A stretch of DNA of 59,616 bases, filler included. It is 5 parts of 5 records of this genome, joined end to end, with 100 filler letters (N's around TTAATTAATTAA, not from the genome) between each part and the next. Parts side by side here need not be neighbours in the genome. Positions count along the whole stretch, not along the records: positions 1 to 30,623 come from SRR31156797_20689; 4 more parts are not named here. One strand, written 5' to 3'. This document shows positions 17,939 to 28,874 of the stretch, piece after piece. The notes under the pieces were generated by a model, which had not been told where the DNA came from, did not search any database, and saw only the letters and a program-made list of their open reading frames with translations. The position numbers and the translations under genes are program-made. Position 1 is the first letter of the stretch. Every line of letters begins with the position of its first letter.

Positions 17939-18808
17939 TTAGCTGCTATTTCTAGTCGAAAGGATCCCCACGTTCGGTAGGGCTTGAAAATTTTTGTTGC
18001 TGAGGCACATACCTTTCATTTTTTTGACTATTTCGTTATATTGCATACCGTTTGATTTCATAAACAAATGAACAGCCTTGTGGCAGTTGGGGCATAGAAG
18101 AGCAAGGTCGGCGATTGAAACCGTATGCTTGTCAGAAAATGAAGAGATGGGCTTTTTATGATGGGCTTCAATGTAGTTAAATCCGTATAGCGTGTTGAAG
18201 TCTAGCCCGCATATTTCACATATCCAATCTTGCGAAGTTTTAATTGCTTCGATCACCCCCTTGCTTCTCTCGGCCATGAGGTGCGATACGTACTTGTGCT
18301 CCCCCTCTTGGAAGAGAAGTTCGTCTTGCGATGGGATTGATTGCTTTGCCGGATCCTGTATCTCAAGAACAACATATTCGTCTTCTATTGAGGTAACTGA
18401 AAACCTGCCTTCAAACTCCCAACCAGAAGGAGCCGCAGTGAACAGCAGGATCGGATACTCGTACTGGGGTTGTTTAATTAAAACCCGATTGGCTTTTTCT
18501 TTTAGGTTAATGCCACCTGCTCTAGCTTTGAAAGAGTATGTGAATGATGCTTTCGCATCATTAGTCCAGCCTTCAAATCCATAAATCCCTGATTTTGATT
18601 TAATTATAACAGCATCAATGTCAGGAAATATTCCGACCCAATTGATTCCTTGTTGGGGGGTGTTTCCAATGATGTTGTGTTCGCCCGACCAGTATCTAGA
18701 GTCGCGAACCTTAGAATATTGGATCAAGTCGTAAAGATTTCGCTTCGAAACGATGTCTCCAGCGGACAATTCAAAAAGATCATTTGTGGCACTGAGTTGT
18801 GTGTTCAT
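17939..18808 (-). CDS. HNH endonuclease with a putative SRA/PUA-like N-terminal domain (type IV-like)
   Basis: CEIC..IEAHHKKP..LLCPNCHKAVH. The N-terminal QQGINW..FTY..N..PILLF..WEFEGRF pattern resembles modified-base reader domains. Confidence 0.8.
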   Translation of the reverse strand: MNTQLSATNDLFELSAGDIVSKRNLYDLIQYSKVRDSRYWSGEHNIIGNTPQQGINWVGIFPDIDAVIIKSKSGIYGFEGWTNDAKASFTYSFKARAGGINLKEKANRVLIKQPQYEYPILLFTAAPSGWEFEGRFSVTSIEDEYVVLEIQDPAKQSIPSQDELLFQEGEHKYVSHLMAERSKGVIEAIKTSQDWICEICGLDFNTLYGFNYIEAHHKKPISSFSDKHTVSIADLALLCPNCHKAVHLFMKSNGMQYNEIVKKMKGMCLSNKNFQALPNVGILSTRNSS

Positions 18809-18999
18809 TGTAACAGGGGGTTGAGGTCTTCAGCATCCTTTTTCACTGCTTATGATTTTTCGATAGGCTAAAGCGTATATTCTGTGGTGGTTGCTTGTCG
18901 ATAATCTATACCAATTTGGTCAGATGGTTGAATTAATATTTGCTTATGTCTATATATATTTGATACGTGAAATAACTGTTTGTCAATAACTCAAATAAG

Positions 19000-20853
19000 T
19001 TGGAAGACATCATGCCGAACAGAATGAACCCTCATGTGCAGAGATTGCATAGATATTTACCATTCGATGCAAATCATGATCAAATATACGAGGAAAACCG
19101 AGATCCTAAAGATACGCTGGAACTCACGACTTCAGCACTTGTCTACCTTATGCGTGTCCTATCTGAAGACCCGAGTGTAATAATCCTGACAGGTGATGCC
19201 GGGCATGGAAAAACCCATCTATGTAGCAGGGTATTAAAAGACCATCTGAAGTATTCGAAAGAAGAAGCTCTGTGTATCTTAAACGATCGTTGTAGCGGAG
19301 AGCAGCTTCAGTCCGAAGAGTGTTCAAAGCCGGTCAGTATTTTTAAAGATTTTTCTGAGTTCTCGATACCCAATGCCCGTCAGAAGCTCTGTGAAGCAAT
19401 AAATGACGATGAGTCGGTTTCGATTATTTGCGTAAACGAGGGGCGGTTGAGGTCGATTTTGGCTGGAAGTTTGGATGACCACCAGCTCGATGAACTCAGA
19501 AGTGAGTTTAATGACTCATTTAAATCTGGAATGGCATCACACCATGGAAAGATACACATTATTAATTTGAACTACCAATCTGTAGCTTCCAGTGAAAATG
19601 CCTTGATTGATAGGGTTCTTAGTGGGGAGTCTCGTAGGGCTGGCTGGCTGGACGGCAGAAGCTGGGCTATCTGTGATCAGTGTGACAGTCGAGACAAGTG
19701 CCCGATTGTCTGCAACAGAGATCTGTTGGCGCAAGAAGGAAATGCTGCAGTCAGAGTCAGAAGGATTCGTGAGCTGTTTAGCATTGTTGAAAGGCTAGGA
19801 ACGGTTGTCACCATTCGTGAGATATTAATGACGATAGCTTATCTGATTACGGGGGGGCTAACCTGTGCTGATGTTCATAGACGAAATAGAGAGGGGTGGC
19901 AGCATGACTATACCTTCTATAGTCTCTTGTTTGCACCACCATCATCTTTGGGACGGGATAAGCTGGCACGAATCCCTGTCCTACAAGCTTTCAAAGGGCT
20001 TGATCCAGGGGTGCACGCGGATCGAATCATTGATGAGAGACTGATTAATGAAGGCGCTAGTTTTGAAGATTGTGGCTGTGAGCTGACTTTTAGTCGTAAA
20101 GTCGGCAATCAACCAATCAAGATTGATGCTAAGGGTGGGATCGATGAAATCGTCGGTAACCCTCGTAGCTTGAAAGAGAGGAAAGCGGAGGCTGACTTTA
20201 CCCTAACAGTTATACGAAATCTGAGGCGTCGTGATTTTTTCGAAGCTGTTTTCGATGATGGATTTGAGGCAAACAGGTTAGGGTTTAACAGTTACAAAGA
20301 TTTTTGGTGGCTTGTTTCTGGTGAAGAAAACATGAACAAGCGAGTTAAAATCAAAAACAAATTGATATCTGGTCTTCACGTGATGCAGGGATTGAGGCTC
20401 CCGGAATCAACGAATAAATTACATTTAGTAGACCCGGCCTTTGGGCGTTCAACCAACAATGCTGCCATTATTACTAAGAAAGTTCCTTCCAACAAGGTGA
20501 GACTGCTGAAGCAATCAGAAGGATGGGGGTTTTTGGATGAGCAAAAAGCAAATTCATTACCTGAAGTAGTCGACTGGATCGAGCGTGAAGTGTTGTTGTC
20601 GGTTAGTCTGAGTCCGATGGATACGTATCAATATCCGCTCAATCTTTTTATGTTTGATTGTATCATGAGGGCTTCGTCTGGGTACCTCCCGGAAACCTTC
20701 TATGCACACGACATTAGAAAAGTTAGCAATTTCTTGGGGCTATTGGCAGAATCAGGAAGGCCTGATGATGAATCCATTAGCATTGTCGTCGCTGGGAAAA
20801 TGCACAACGTTACCCTCGAGGAAGGGGACCAGATCGTCGTGAGTGGAGATTGA
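19000..20853 (+). CDS. P-loop ATPase, DndF/DptF-like
   Basis: Walker A LTGDAGHGKTH, ICVNEGRL, and a CxxC-x5-CP cysteine cluster. First gene of an overlapping triad. Start may be ATG 19012. Confidence 0.7.
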   Translation: MEDIMPNRMNPHVQRLHRYLPFDANHDQIYEENRDPKDTLELTTSALVYLMRVLSEDPSVIILTGDAGHGKTHLCSRVLKDHLKYSKEEALCILNDRCSGEQLQSEECSKPVSIFKDFSEFSIPNARQKLCEAINDDESVSIICVNEGRLRSILAGSLDDHQLDELRSEFNDSFKSGMASHHGKIHIINLNYQSVASSENALIDRVLSGESRRAGWLDGRSWAICDQCDSRDKCPIVCNRDLLAQEGNAAVRVRRIRELFSIVERLGTVVTIREILMTIAYLITGGLTCADVHRRNREGWQHDYTFYSLLFAPPSSLGRDKLARIPVLQAFKGLDPGVHADRIIDERLINEGASFEDCGCELTFSRKVGNQPIKIDAKGGIDEIVGNPRSLKERKAEADFTLTVIRNLRRRDFFEAVFDDGFEANRLGFNSYKDFWWLVSGEENMNKRVKIKNKLISGLHVMQGLRLPESTNKLHLVDPAFGRSTNNAAIITKKVPSNKVRLLKQSEGWGFLDEQKANSLPEVVDWIEREVLLSVSLSPMDTYQYPLNLFMFDCIMRASSGYLPETFYAHDIRKVSNFLGLLAESGRPDDESISIVVAGKMHNVTLEEGDQIVVSGD

Positions 20854-22139
20854 GATCTATGAAGACGCCAGAGATATCAAAAGTTATATTTGGGGGGATT
20901 CTAAACAGCGATGCAGCTGGGTTTTATCCAGGGCTGGAATTGTTTAATTACCTATTTGGCTCTGCTGAAGGCGAAATCTTACCCCAAGAAGAGTACCCCG
21001 TTTTTATTAGAAGATCTCAGGACTTTGCCCGGAGACTAGTTTGGGATCACGATCGGTTTTCAGACGATAAAGAAGGGGAGTCTGTTTTTATTGGCGAGTC
21101 CGCCGAACAAGCACTGAAGAACCTGTTGTCATGTCTTCAGTTACAGGTACCGAACAGAAGAACAAAAAATTGGGAAGCTGCTCACTTTTTTCCCTATACC
21201 CGATCACTAATTCATTGGGACGCAAGAAGACGTCACAACAATCTGTTGATTGAACGAAGGTACTTTCGCGGTGGAGGCGCTATGGCGCACAAGGTATTAA
21301 GAAAGGACCTAGATTTAGAGCGGCTAGAGAGTATTAGAAAGGGATTTTCTGTCTTGCTTCCTGAAGACTCCTCAGCGCCTTTAGAGCGGCTAGCAAATGT
21401 ATTAGGAAATAAATCAATAGAGCCGGTAATCAGCAAAGATGAGAAAATTGAAGGCGGGGTGCCTGTCGATGATACGGATGGTTTAAATGACCTTTATCGT
21501 AATGGTGTAAGAAACATCCTCTCCCATACCGATCTCTCAACAACTTCACGAGTTAAGTCGATTGTTTCGTGGACGGGATTTTGGCTGCTGTTGTGTCAGC
21601 ATAGAAGGGCAACTCACTATCTTGAGGAAGCTGAACTTAACATTCTTATTGATTGCGGCAACGGGCCAAGCCAGTTGAGACGGGCTTCCAGCAGGAATCT
21701 CAAGGACGTATTGTCTGTTGTCTCAAGGTCTGCTCTTCGCTGTACTGAGGAAAATGATGCCCCAGAACCTTCTGCGAAGGATATTAGGCAACTCACTGGT
21801 TTCTTCACAGGCACAAGCGCTTGGATAGGTTTGTTAAACGCATTTTCTGGAAAACGACACTTTGCAGTTAAGCTTGATCTTTTGGAAACACTCGTTCTTG
21901 CCACCACTGGACCAAACGAAGAGGTGGAGTTTGAGTCTTTCATTGACGATGTCATATTTGAACAGTTTGGCTTGATTATTGGACGAGCCGCTGCGTCGAG
22001 AGCCTCGCTTTTGCATAGGCTAGACGCCAGTATTTTTGAAGACAACGAAGAAAGTTTTGCTAATCAGCTCTCTGCTGCTGGTTTGATGCATGACTACTCT
22101 GATGCAACAAGAATGATTAGTGCAAGGGCAATAAAATGA
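20850..22139 (+). CDS. DndG/DptG-like hypothetical protein
   Basis: 429 aa, middle gene of the triad. C-terminal LSAAGLMHDYSDA resembles the winged-helix end I recall for DptG. Overlaps both neighbours by 4 nt. Confidence 0.55.
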   Translation: MRSMKTPEISKVIFGGILNSDAAGFYPGLELFNYLFGSAEGEILPQEEYPVFIRRSQDFARRLVWDHDRFSDDKEGESVFIGESAEQALKNLLSCLQLQVPNRRTKNWEAAHFFPYTRSLIHWDARRRHNNLLIERRYFRGGGAMAHKVLRKDLDLERLESIRKGFSVLLPEDSSAPLERLANVLGNKSIEPVISKDEKIEGGVPVDDTDGLNDLYRNGVRNILSHTDLSTTSRVKSIVSWTGFWLLLCQHRRATHYLEEAELNILIDCGNGPSQLRRASSRNLKDVLSVVSRSALRCTEENDAPEPSAKDIRQLTGFFTGTSAWIGLLNAFSGKRHFAVKLDLLETLVLATTGPNEEVEFESFIDDVIFEQFGLIIGRAAASRASLLHRLDASIFEDNEESFANQLSAAGLMHDYSDATRMISARAIK

Positions 22140-25100
22140 TCGATGCAATAATATCCTCTCTCGCATATGAAACCGTTAAATATATCATTAATGATTCTAT
22201 ATCCGAGGAAAACGATTCAGGTAAGCCCGCAGTCCGTTTAAAGAACTTACAGGCCATGGAGGTCGAGCGTTTTATAAAAGAGTGGGAGTTCCGGTCGGTA
22301 AATGACTCTCTCGAGGATGTTAATGTTGTGATTGGCAGAGATCCTGAGTTGGATATCCCTGAGAAGTATCTTGCTGATAATGACCTTTCCATTACTTATT
22401 ATCGGAATAACAACCCCAATGGTCTCCTGTATATCCAAACAAGGGTTGAGTCGGATGAGCAAGGGCTTGAATCTATGTTCACCATTCAAGATAGAAACTT
22501 CATGGATGGAAGCCTTAATTCTGAATCATTTCATGCTGAGGGGGTATTGATCGATCATGCATGGTCATTGGTTGCTAGAGACAGAAACTTGCCAATTGGA
22601 TTGCAAGAAAAATTGTTGGATGTAAAACATATCCTTCAAACAAAAGATGCTCCTCTGCCAATTCGACTCTTTGCCGCATTTGCCTACTCTGCCTCTGAAC
22701 ATCTAGTTTCAAGCGGAGGGCAGGCTTTCGATGATGAATCAATATCTGAGGCCGTAGGTCTAGCGCTATCGTCTTTAGGGTATTTCCCAGATAAGAACTG
22801 GGAATGCAAGGGGAACAAAGCAAGAAGGCTTGTGTCTAACTTTCGTTTCTCGGATTTAATGAATGCATCCGGTGTGGACCAAGAACCTGAAACATTAAGA
22901 CAAAGTATAGAAGGATTTCATTTTAGGGATGAAGATGAACATCCCCTAGATGATTCTGAGAATGTGCGCATAAGAGAGTTGTGTGTAAAATTTGTGATGG
23001 AGAGGGCGGAGTCGAATCGGGAGCAAATTCCTTATGATTATTACTCTCAGTTGTTCACCAAGTCTTTGGCGGGACTTTTGCTTGGAGAAAGGGTTGAAGC
23101 AGAAATAGGCGAGGCTGACAGCTCTAGAACCGATGAATTTGTTCGTTTGGATATAACTGCAGGGTTGAATAACAAAGAGCAGGATGCAGCTCGAGCTTTT
23201 ATAGAAGAAGAAGGTGTTGAAGAAGAGGGCGTAAATTTATGTGAGCTAATAAAGCCCGGCACACTTAAGATTCTCAAAAAGATTGCGTACCCTCGCGCAA
23301 AAGCGTTTTCAAATCCTTTTATTCAGCTTGTGGAAGTCATTCGCGACTGTACAAACCCAGATTATCTTCCGGGAGCAAAGCTCGTTGTACGGTTAGGGCG
23401 AGGGCATGAGAAAAGTTTGCCTTCTATCGGTCTGTTTGCTTTTTTGTATGGTCCTACCTTGCAGGAGATCGCGGACAGCTCTAATGACGATACTATGGGG
23501 ATTCAGCTCGAAGTCGACCCTCGACTTATCACAGTGAATTCCCCTCCTGATTTGACCTCGAGTTCAGATGATGGTGATGGCGAAATACCTGAACCTATTA
23601 CTTGGGAAAAAATTCCTTTAGAGTTTTCATTTGAAAGACTTGATGGCGGAGCTTGGCGGGCGTTCGATGAGTTCGTAAATTTGTGCTGGAAACCGGATGA
23701 TATCGAGTCTCTTGCATTCGCTTGGTTGATGACCGCAGCCGATGATGCCCCCACCCTTTTGGCGTCCTTGGAATATAGCGGGAAGTTGTTTTCCTCATTA
23801 ATTGCTGAAGGAGTGCAGCGTGTAATTTCGCTTGATTCACTAGTCACATCTTCTGATCTCGATATAGCTGTTGCCGAGTATCCCATTTTGCTCGATTTGG
23901 ATACACTCCGAAAGACTTTTAATAGCACAGCTAGCTCCTCGGGGCTCCAGATAGACTCAATGGGTGAGTATGCTTCCCGCTGGGGGGTGAAATTAAATGA
24001 TGCGAGACTCGAGTATATACCAAGTGGTTCTTTAGACAGACGGTTAAAAGCTTTTCTTTCTGTAGGTATTATTCATAATTTTGAGCATTCTAGAGCTATT
24101 ATGCTTATGACCCATCCAGTCAGACTGCGGTGGTTGGCAACTTACTACGAAGAGTTGCGAGCGTTGGTTTTGAGCGCATTAGGTTTATCTTTATATTTAA
24201 ATGAAGAGAATGAAAGCTATTACCTTGAACATTTGGAGGCGTTGTCTCCACACGGGCAACCGCCTTTGGTAGCCAACAGCCATCGTACATTACTCGTACC
24301 GGTTTCAGAGCATGGATACTCGGAAACTTTTGCAGCGATAAAGAGCGAAGGGACCGCGACCGGGGTTTGGAAGTCAGAAGTGGACGAAGCTTCTTTAAAA
24401 GTAATCTCAAAAGAAGTGATCACTTACTTGGAGTCCCATCCGCATAAAGCTGACGGTCTGAGTCTCCTTTTTGTCCTCCCTTTTGGCGGGGTTTTCCCTC
24501 AGAGTTTGTTGAAACAAGTAAGGAAGGGGGAGTGGAAGTCTATTTCGGTGCAGTGCCATGTCTTAGCCCCCAAAGAGCAATGGGAGTCGCTCGTCACTTC
24601 GTTTCAGGCACTAGAGACAGAAAGTCGTATAGCGAATGGAGCTCGGTATAATTCTCCTATACAATTAATGCTTTATGAGTGGGCTAGGGAGGAGGACGTA
24701 GATAAACATGTTGAGGGACAGTCTTTTGATTTGGCTTTAGTTCCGAACTTTTTTGGAGATAGGGTTGATGTCGATGAATATGCCGACTCCCCCAATGACA
24801 CCCAAGCCCATTTTGATGTCTTGTATGACCACCCTAGCTATATTGATCGGGATTCTGACTCTGGTTCAGTCTCAATCGTGTTGAAGCCGGAGCTGGCCGA
24901 TGATGTGTTCGAAGATTGGTCAACGGTGAATGTGAGATTGCTACGTTCAGAAGCTATTGCTCCTAGTTCACCAGAGTATGTTGATTTTACTAAGTTGAGG
25001 GTCCGCTTTGAAGAAGCTGCTGGCTTATTTGACTCTCTCCATAAGTGCTCTCATTGGGTTGTTACGCTGGATCACTATGTTGGAAGGAAACAGATAGAAA

Positions 25101-27193
25101 GCCTTCCTCAAAAGCCTGATGTGCTGACTGTACGGGAGGGCGTTGGGCAAAATGGTTTATACACTTTGGTCGTTTCCTCAAACGCCGGAAGACAGTTTGT
25201 GATAAATCGGCTTACAAGGAAACTCGAGAAATTCAATGATGTTTTGCCTGAGCTGGATAACAAAGCGTTGGCCCAAAACGTCTATGACGAAATAAGAAAT
25301 ATCGCACCGAGTTTGATTTTGAAATCAATGGGCGTGTCTAGAGTCACTGAGGAGGTATTGGGGTTGATGGTAGCTAAAAGGGCTACTGATGGACTGATAA
25401 AGTGCCTTGGAAGCGATCATGTTTCTATCTGGATTTCATTGGATGAGAATGCAGAGTGGTTTGGTGGGATCCGTGGCGTGCGGGCTGACTTGTGCCGTTT
25501 TGATTTTTACCGACAGGAAGAGAAGCTCCAAGTTGGTATTGTAGTCGTTGAAGGGAAATTGCGCCAAGCATACGATTCGCACGGTGTAGAGCAGGTTTCC
25601 CGAACTATGCTGTTACTTTCAAAAGCTCTAGTGGCAAAGGAAGGCGAGTATTCTCATGACGCAAGACTTTGGAGGCAGTCCATATTGAACGCCTTTGATA
25701 GTGTCGGCAATGACGCTATTAAGTTTGTAGAAAATTCTAATTCCCTTGAAGGAGAATCTTTCCGCTTGCCTGTACAAGATAGGGAGGATTTCCGGTCAGG
25801 AAACTATGAAGTTCGCTATTTAGAGGGTGTGTACTCTCTTTGCCAATATGTGAACTGCAGCACTGCTACCTCCGAAAAGCAAGACGATGTGAGGGTTTTG
25901 GTTTCTCCAGCAAGCGACATAATATCTCTAATCACGGAATCGCAAAGAGAAGAGATTGTTGTAGAGGCGGGGGGAGAGATGGGCGATGGTGTCTCCAACG
26001 CGGATGAAAATGGTTCTGATACAAATGAAGGCGCCAACGACGAGGTTGCTGAGTCGCAAATAACTGCGACACCAGTGGAGATACCATCTCCGGTTGAGCT
26101 TGAAGTTGTTTCAGAGGGCCAAGGAGCTGGGATAGCTAAACTTCAAAGGATGTATCAAACTGTTCTTGATACATTTAGCGAGTTTAAGATTCAGGTACGG
26201 GTCCCGCATGATGATGGTCAGAATTTTGTTGAGGGCCCTGCTTTTGTGCGTTTTAGAGTGCAGCCTGGTCATGGTGTTGAGCCCAAAAGGATCAGCGAAA
26301 AGGAAGAAGCATTAAGACTGAAGCTTGGGTTGGATGCTGACAAACGTATTCGGTTTGAAATTGGCGGTGGGGCTGTCAATATCGACGTACCTAAAGAAGA
26401 TGCAGATAGATACTATGTTGATGCCGAACAGATGTGGGAACAATGGGATGAAGCTGATACGGAAAAGTTGATTGTGCCTCTCGGAGAGAATCAGCAAGGT
26501 GAGATCATTAGTGTCGATCTTTCTTCAGCCAACTCCCCCCATCTCTTGATAGGCGGGGCAACAGGCAGCGGTAAATCTGAAGCACTAAACACGATACTTC
26601 GTGGCATGCTTAAGTATTATAACGAGACAGAGTTGCGATTGGTGTTGATAGATCCTAAGCAGACCGAACTGGCTTCATTTGAAGATGTCCCACATTTGTT
26701 GGGTGATATTGGTTACTTCGAAGAAGATGCTGTTGAGTGCTTAGAAGATGCTGTAGGTGAGATGCAGAAGCGATATACTGCGTTTAAAGCCATTCGTGCT
26801 CGTTCTTTGCCTGATTACAACTCTAAAGTTGACGCTACTGATCGAATTCCGTGGATCGTGATTGTCTTGGACGAGTATGCGGATTTGGTTTCAGATCCGG
26901 ATGCACGCAAAGCAATTGAAGGGCGCGTGAGACGACTTTCGCAGAAGGCTAGAGCGTGTGGTATCCATATTATCATTGCAACCCAGAAGCCTAGTGCAGA
27001 AAATCTAAGCACCACAATTCGTTCTAACCTTCCTGCCCAACTTGCCTTGAAATGCCGAGGCGCAACTGAAAGTCGGATTATTATGGATGAATCTGGAGCG
27101 GAGGCATTGAATGGTAAAGGAGACGCCTTTTTTAGGACAGCTCGAGGTATAGAAAGGATCCAGTGCGCTCTTTATGCCGAAAGCTGCGACTAA
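22136..27193 (+). CDS. 1685-aa DndH/DptH-like protein with a PD-(D/E)xK-like nuclease motif and a C-terminal FtsK/SpoIIIE-type ATPase
   Basis: RADL..VVEGK at aa ~1116-1141; PHLLIGGATGSGKS, LIDPKQ, IVLDEYAD, ATQKP and LNGKGD. No obvious N-terminal transmembrane segments. Confidence 0.8.
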   Translation: MIDAIISSLAYETVKYIINDSISEENDSGKPAVRLKNLQAMEVERFIKEWEFRSVNDSLEDVNVVIGRDPELDIPEKYLADNDLSITYYRNNNPNGLLYIQTRVESDEQGLESMFTIQDRNFMDGSLNSESFHAEGVLIDHAWSLVARDRNLPIGLQEKLLDVKHILQTKDAPLPIRLFAAFAYSASEHLVSSGGQAFDDESISEAVGLALSSLGYFPDKNWECKGNKARRLVSNFRFSDLMNASGVDQEPETLRQSIEGFHFRDEDEHPLDDSENVRIRELCVKFVMERAESNREQIPYDYYSQLFTKSLAGLLLGERVEAEIGEADSSRTDEFVRLDITAGLNNKEQDAARAFIEEEGVEEEGVNLCELIKPGTLKILKKIAYPRAKAFSNPFIQLVEVIRDCTNPDYLPGAKLVVRLGRGHEKSLPSIGLFAFLYGPTLQEIADSSNDDTMGIQLEVDPRLITVNSPPDLTSSSDDGDGEIPEPITWEKIPLEFSFERLDGGAWRAFDEFVNLCWKPDDIESLAFAWLMTAADDAPTLLASLEYSGKLFSSLIAEGVQRVISLDSLVTSSDLDIAVAEYPILLDLDTLRKTFNSTASSSGLQIDSMGEYASRWGVKLNDARLEYIPSGSLDRRLKAFLSVGIIHNFEHSRAIMLMTHPVRLRWLATYYEELRALVLSALGLSLYLNEENESYYLEHLEALSPHGQPPLVANSHRTLLVPVSEHGYSETFAAIKSEGTATGVWKSEVDEASLKVISKEVITYLESHPHKADGLSLLFVLPFGGVFPQSLLKQVRKGEWKSISVQCHVLAPKEQWESLVTSFQALETESRIANGARYNSPIQLMLYEWAREEDVDKHVEGQSFDLALVPNFFGDRVDVDEYADSPNDTQAHFDVLYDHPSYIDRDSDSGSVSIVLKPELADDVFEDWSTVNVRLLRSEAIAPSSPEYVDFTKLRVRFEEAAGLFDSLHKCSHWVVTLDHYVGRKQIESLPQKPDVLTVREGVGQNGLYTLVVSSNAGRQFVINRLTRKLEKFNDVLPELDNKALAQNVYDEIRNIAPSLILKSMGVSRVTEEVLGLMVAKRATDGLIKCLGSDHVSIWISLDENAEWFGGIRGVRADLCRFDFYRQEEKLQVGIVVVEGKLRQAYDSHGVEQVSRTMLLLSKALVAKEGEYSHDARLWRQSILNAFDSVGNDAIKFVENSNSLEGESFRLPVQDREDFRSGNYEVRYLEGVYSLCQYVNCSTATSEKQDDVRVLVSPASDIISLITESQREEIVVEAGGEMGDGVSNADENGSDTNEGANDEVAESQITATPVEIPSPVELEVVSEGQGAGIAKLQRMYQTVLDTFSEFKIQVRVPHDDGQNFVEGPAFVRFRVQPGHGVEPKRISEKEEALRLKLGLDADKRIRFEIGGGAVNIDVPKEDADRYYVDAEQMWEQWDEADTEKLIVPLGENQQGEIISVDLSSANSPHLLIGGATGSGKSEALNTILRGMLKYYNETELRLVLIDPKQTELASFEDVPHLLGDIGYFEEDAVECLEDAVGEMQKRYTAFKAIRARSLPDYNSKVDATDRIPWIVIVLDEYADLVSDPDARKAIEGRVRRLSQKARACGIHIIIATQKPSAENLSTTIRSNLPAQLALKCRGATESRIIMDESGAEALNGKGDAFFRTARGIERIQCALYAESCD

Positions 27194-27220
27194 AGGCTTG
27201 GAAGGTTCCAGTCGTTAGTT

Positions 27221-28798
27221 TTAGCTCTCTATTTTAATAAGTAACTCCCTAATACTTTTTGCAATTTGATATGCGAGGTAAGGTGGGACCGCATTTCCGA
27301 CTTGGGTGAATTGAGCGGTTCTTGGGCCTTCAAAGAAGTAGTTGTCAGGGAAAGTTTGCAACCTGGCCGCTTCTCTAACTGTAAGGCTTCTGCATTGCAT
27401 TGGGTCGTAGTGGATGAAGAAATGGCCATCCTTAGAAATGTGGCTTGTTATAGTCGTTGAAGGATGATCTGCTATTTGGACACGAAATCTGTCGTCAAAA
27501 TGCCCCGTTTTGGCATTGGCATGATTGGGGAGTAGTGACTCTGGGTAGTCGCTCAACTTGGGGCTCACGCCGGTTGCTTCAGCGTAGCAAGCTGCAAAAA
27601 TATACCGGTAAAGGTCTTCAAGCATATGGCATCTTGTCGTTGAGTTACAAACAAACTCCATATGTGCGTCGTTGTACCAGCCCCCAAGGGCATTACAGTT
27701 TGTCTGGTGTAGTATATACTCTCCACCCGTGTTAGGAAACTCTTCCTGAAGTCTTGAGGAAACTGCTTCAATAATCCTTTGTTTAATTTGTGTGATCTTA
27801 GCAGGCTCAAGGTCAAGAGATGATATCTCGCTGAACCAGTTCCTTTCTAAAGAGTCATATAGCTGGTTGCCACACGAAAAAGGATATTTACCTAAGCCTC
27901 TAGAAAGCTGACTACCAAGGGGGGGGAGGTCCGCTAAAACATCTTTCACGGTTGTCTTTCGATCTACTTCCTTTAGAAGCGGGATGGATCCAATGTCCAA
28001 ATCTTCTCTAACACCAACAACAAATACACGTTGCCTAGCTTGTGGCACGCCATGTCTGTCGGCATGTACTAAGAAGTGATACGGATCTGTTATCTTAGTG
28101 TTGTGGCGTAGGACTGGGCTTTCGTGAGTTAGTGGGTAGAGATTGTATTTGGCATTACCATATACAGACTCACCATTGTTTTTTAAGGTCTCTCCAGGTC
28201 TCGCTAAGTCTTTCAGGATGCGAGGGAATATTTTTTCTCCATTAATTTGTGACGAAAGTATCCCACGGACATTTTCCATTACAAAAATAGCAGGCTCATG
28301 GACCCCAAGAATTCTGAGGTATTCTTTGTACAAGAAATGTCTCGGATCCTTTTCGGCGATGTACTCTTTATTCCCTTTATTTCTAGCCCTGCCGACAATT
28401 GAATATGCTTGGCACGGCGGGCCACCAATCAAAACCCAGTGGGTTTCTCCTTCAAGTGCTTTTGATATCCGAAGATTCAGTGCGTCTACTGTACATGAGT
28501 TGCTACAGCCCAGTTCGGCGTATAGCGTTTCTCTTTCCGCTTTTATTAGCGCGTCTGGATGTTTTTCAAACAGTTCTTTTTTGGATAGATCGCCTTTAAG
28601 GTAGCTGTAGTAATCATGGGTGGATTTAGGAGGCAATGCTCTGAAAAAAGCTCTAAGTTTTAGTGTGTTGAAGGCATGGGCTTCTTTTTCAACAGACAAG
28701 CCGATTTTAAAATGGCTTTCTCCGTTGGTGCGTCTAACGCTGCTGAATCCCTCGGCCAAACCACCGGGGCCAGCGAATAAGTCAATAACTACAGTCAT
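27221..28798 (-). CDS. DNA (cytosine-5)-methyltransferase
   Basis: Motifs DLFAGPGG, GGPPCQ, MENV, PQARQRV, RSLTVREAARLQTFPD and QVGNAVPP. Confidence 0.96.
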   Translation of the reverse strand: MTVVIDLFAGPGGLAEGFSSVRRTNGESHFKIGLSVEKEAHAFNTLKLRAFFRALPPKSTHDYYSYLKGDLSKKELFEKHPDALIKAERETLYAELGCSNSCTVDALNLRISKALEGETHWVLIGGPPCQAYSIVGRARNKGNKEYIAEKDPRHFLYKEYLRILGVHEPAIFVMENVRGILSSQINGEKIFPRILKDLARPGETLKNNGESVYGNAKYNLYPLTHESPVLRHNTKITDPYHFLVHADRHGVPQARQRVFVVGVREDLDIGSIPLLKEVDRKTTVKDVLADLPPLGSQLSRGLGKYPFSCGNQLYDSLERNWFSEISSLDLEPAKITQIKQRIIEAVSSRLQEEFPNTGGEYILHQTNCNALGGWYNDAHMEFVCNSTTRCHMLEDLYRYIFAACYAEATGVSPKLSDYPESLLPNHANAKTGHFDDRFRVQIADHPSTTITSHISKDGHFFIHYDPMQCRSLTVREAARLQTFPDNYFFEGPRTAQFTQVGNAVPPYLAYQIAKSIRELLIKIES

Positions 28799-28874
28799 AT
28801 TGTGATCTAAAGGGCTGATGTGAAAATCGTTGGAGGAGTGATACCAAGTTGCCGTTCAAAACTCTAGTATTTCA

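Noticed and set aside
22136-27193. Calling the 1685-aa protein a cell-division FtsK or conjugative coupling protein
   Set aside because: No obvious transmembrane region or gamma domain, no tra genes nearby, and it sits in a coupled triad with a nuclease-like motif.
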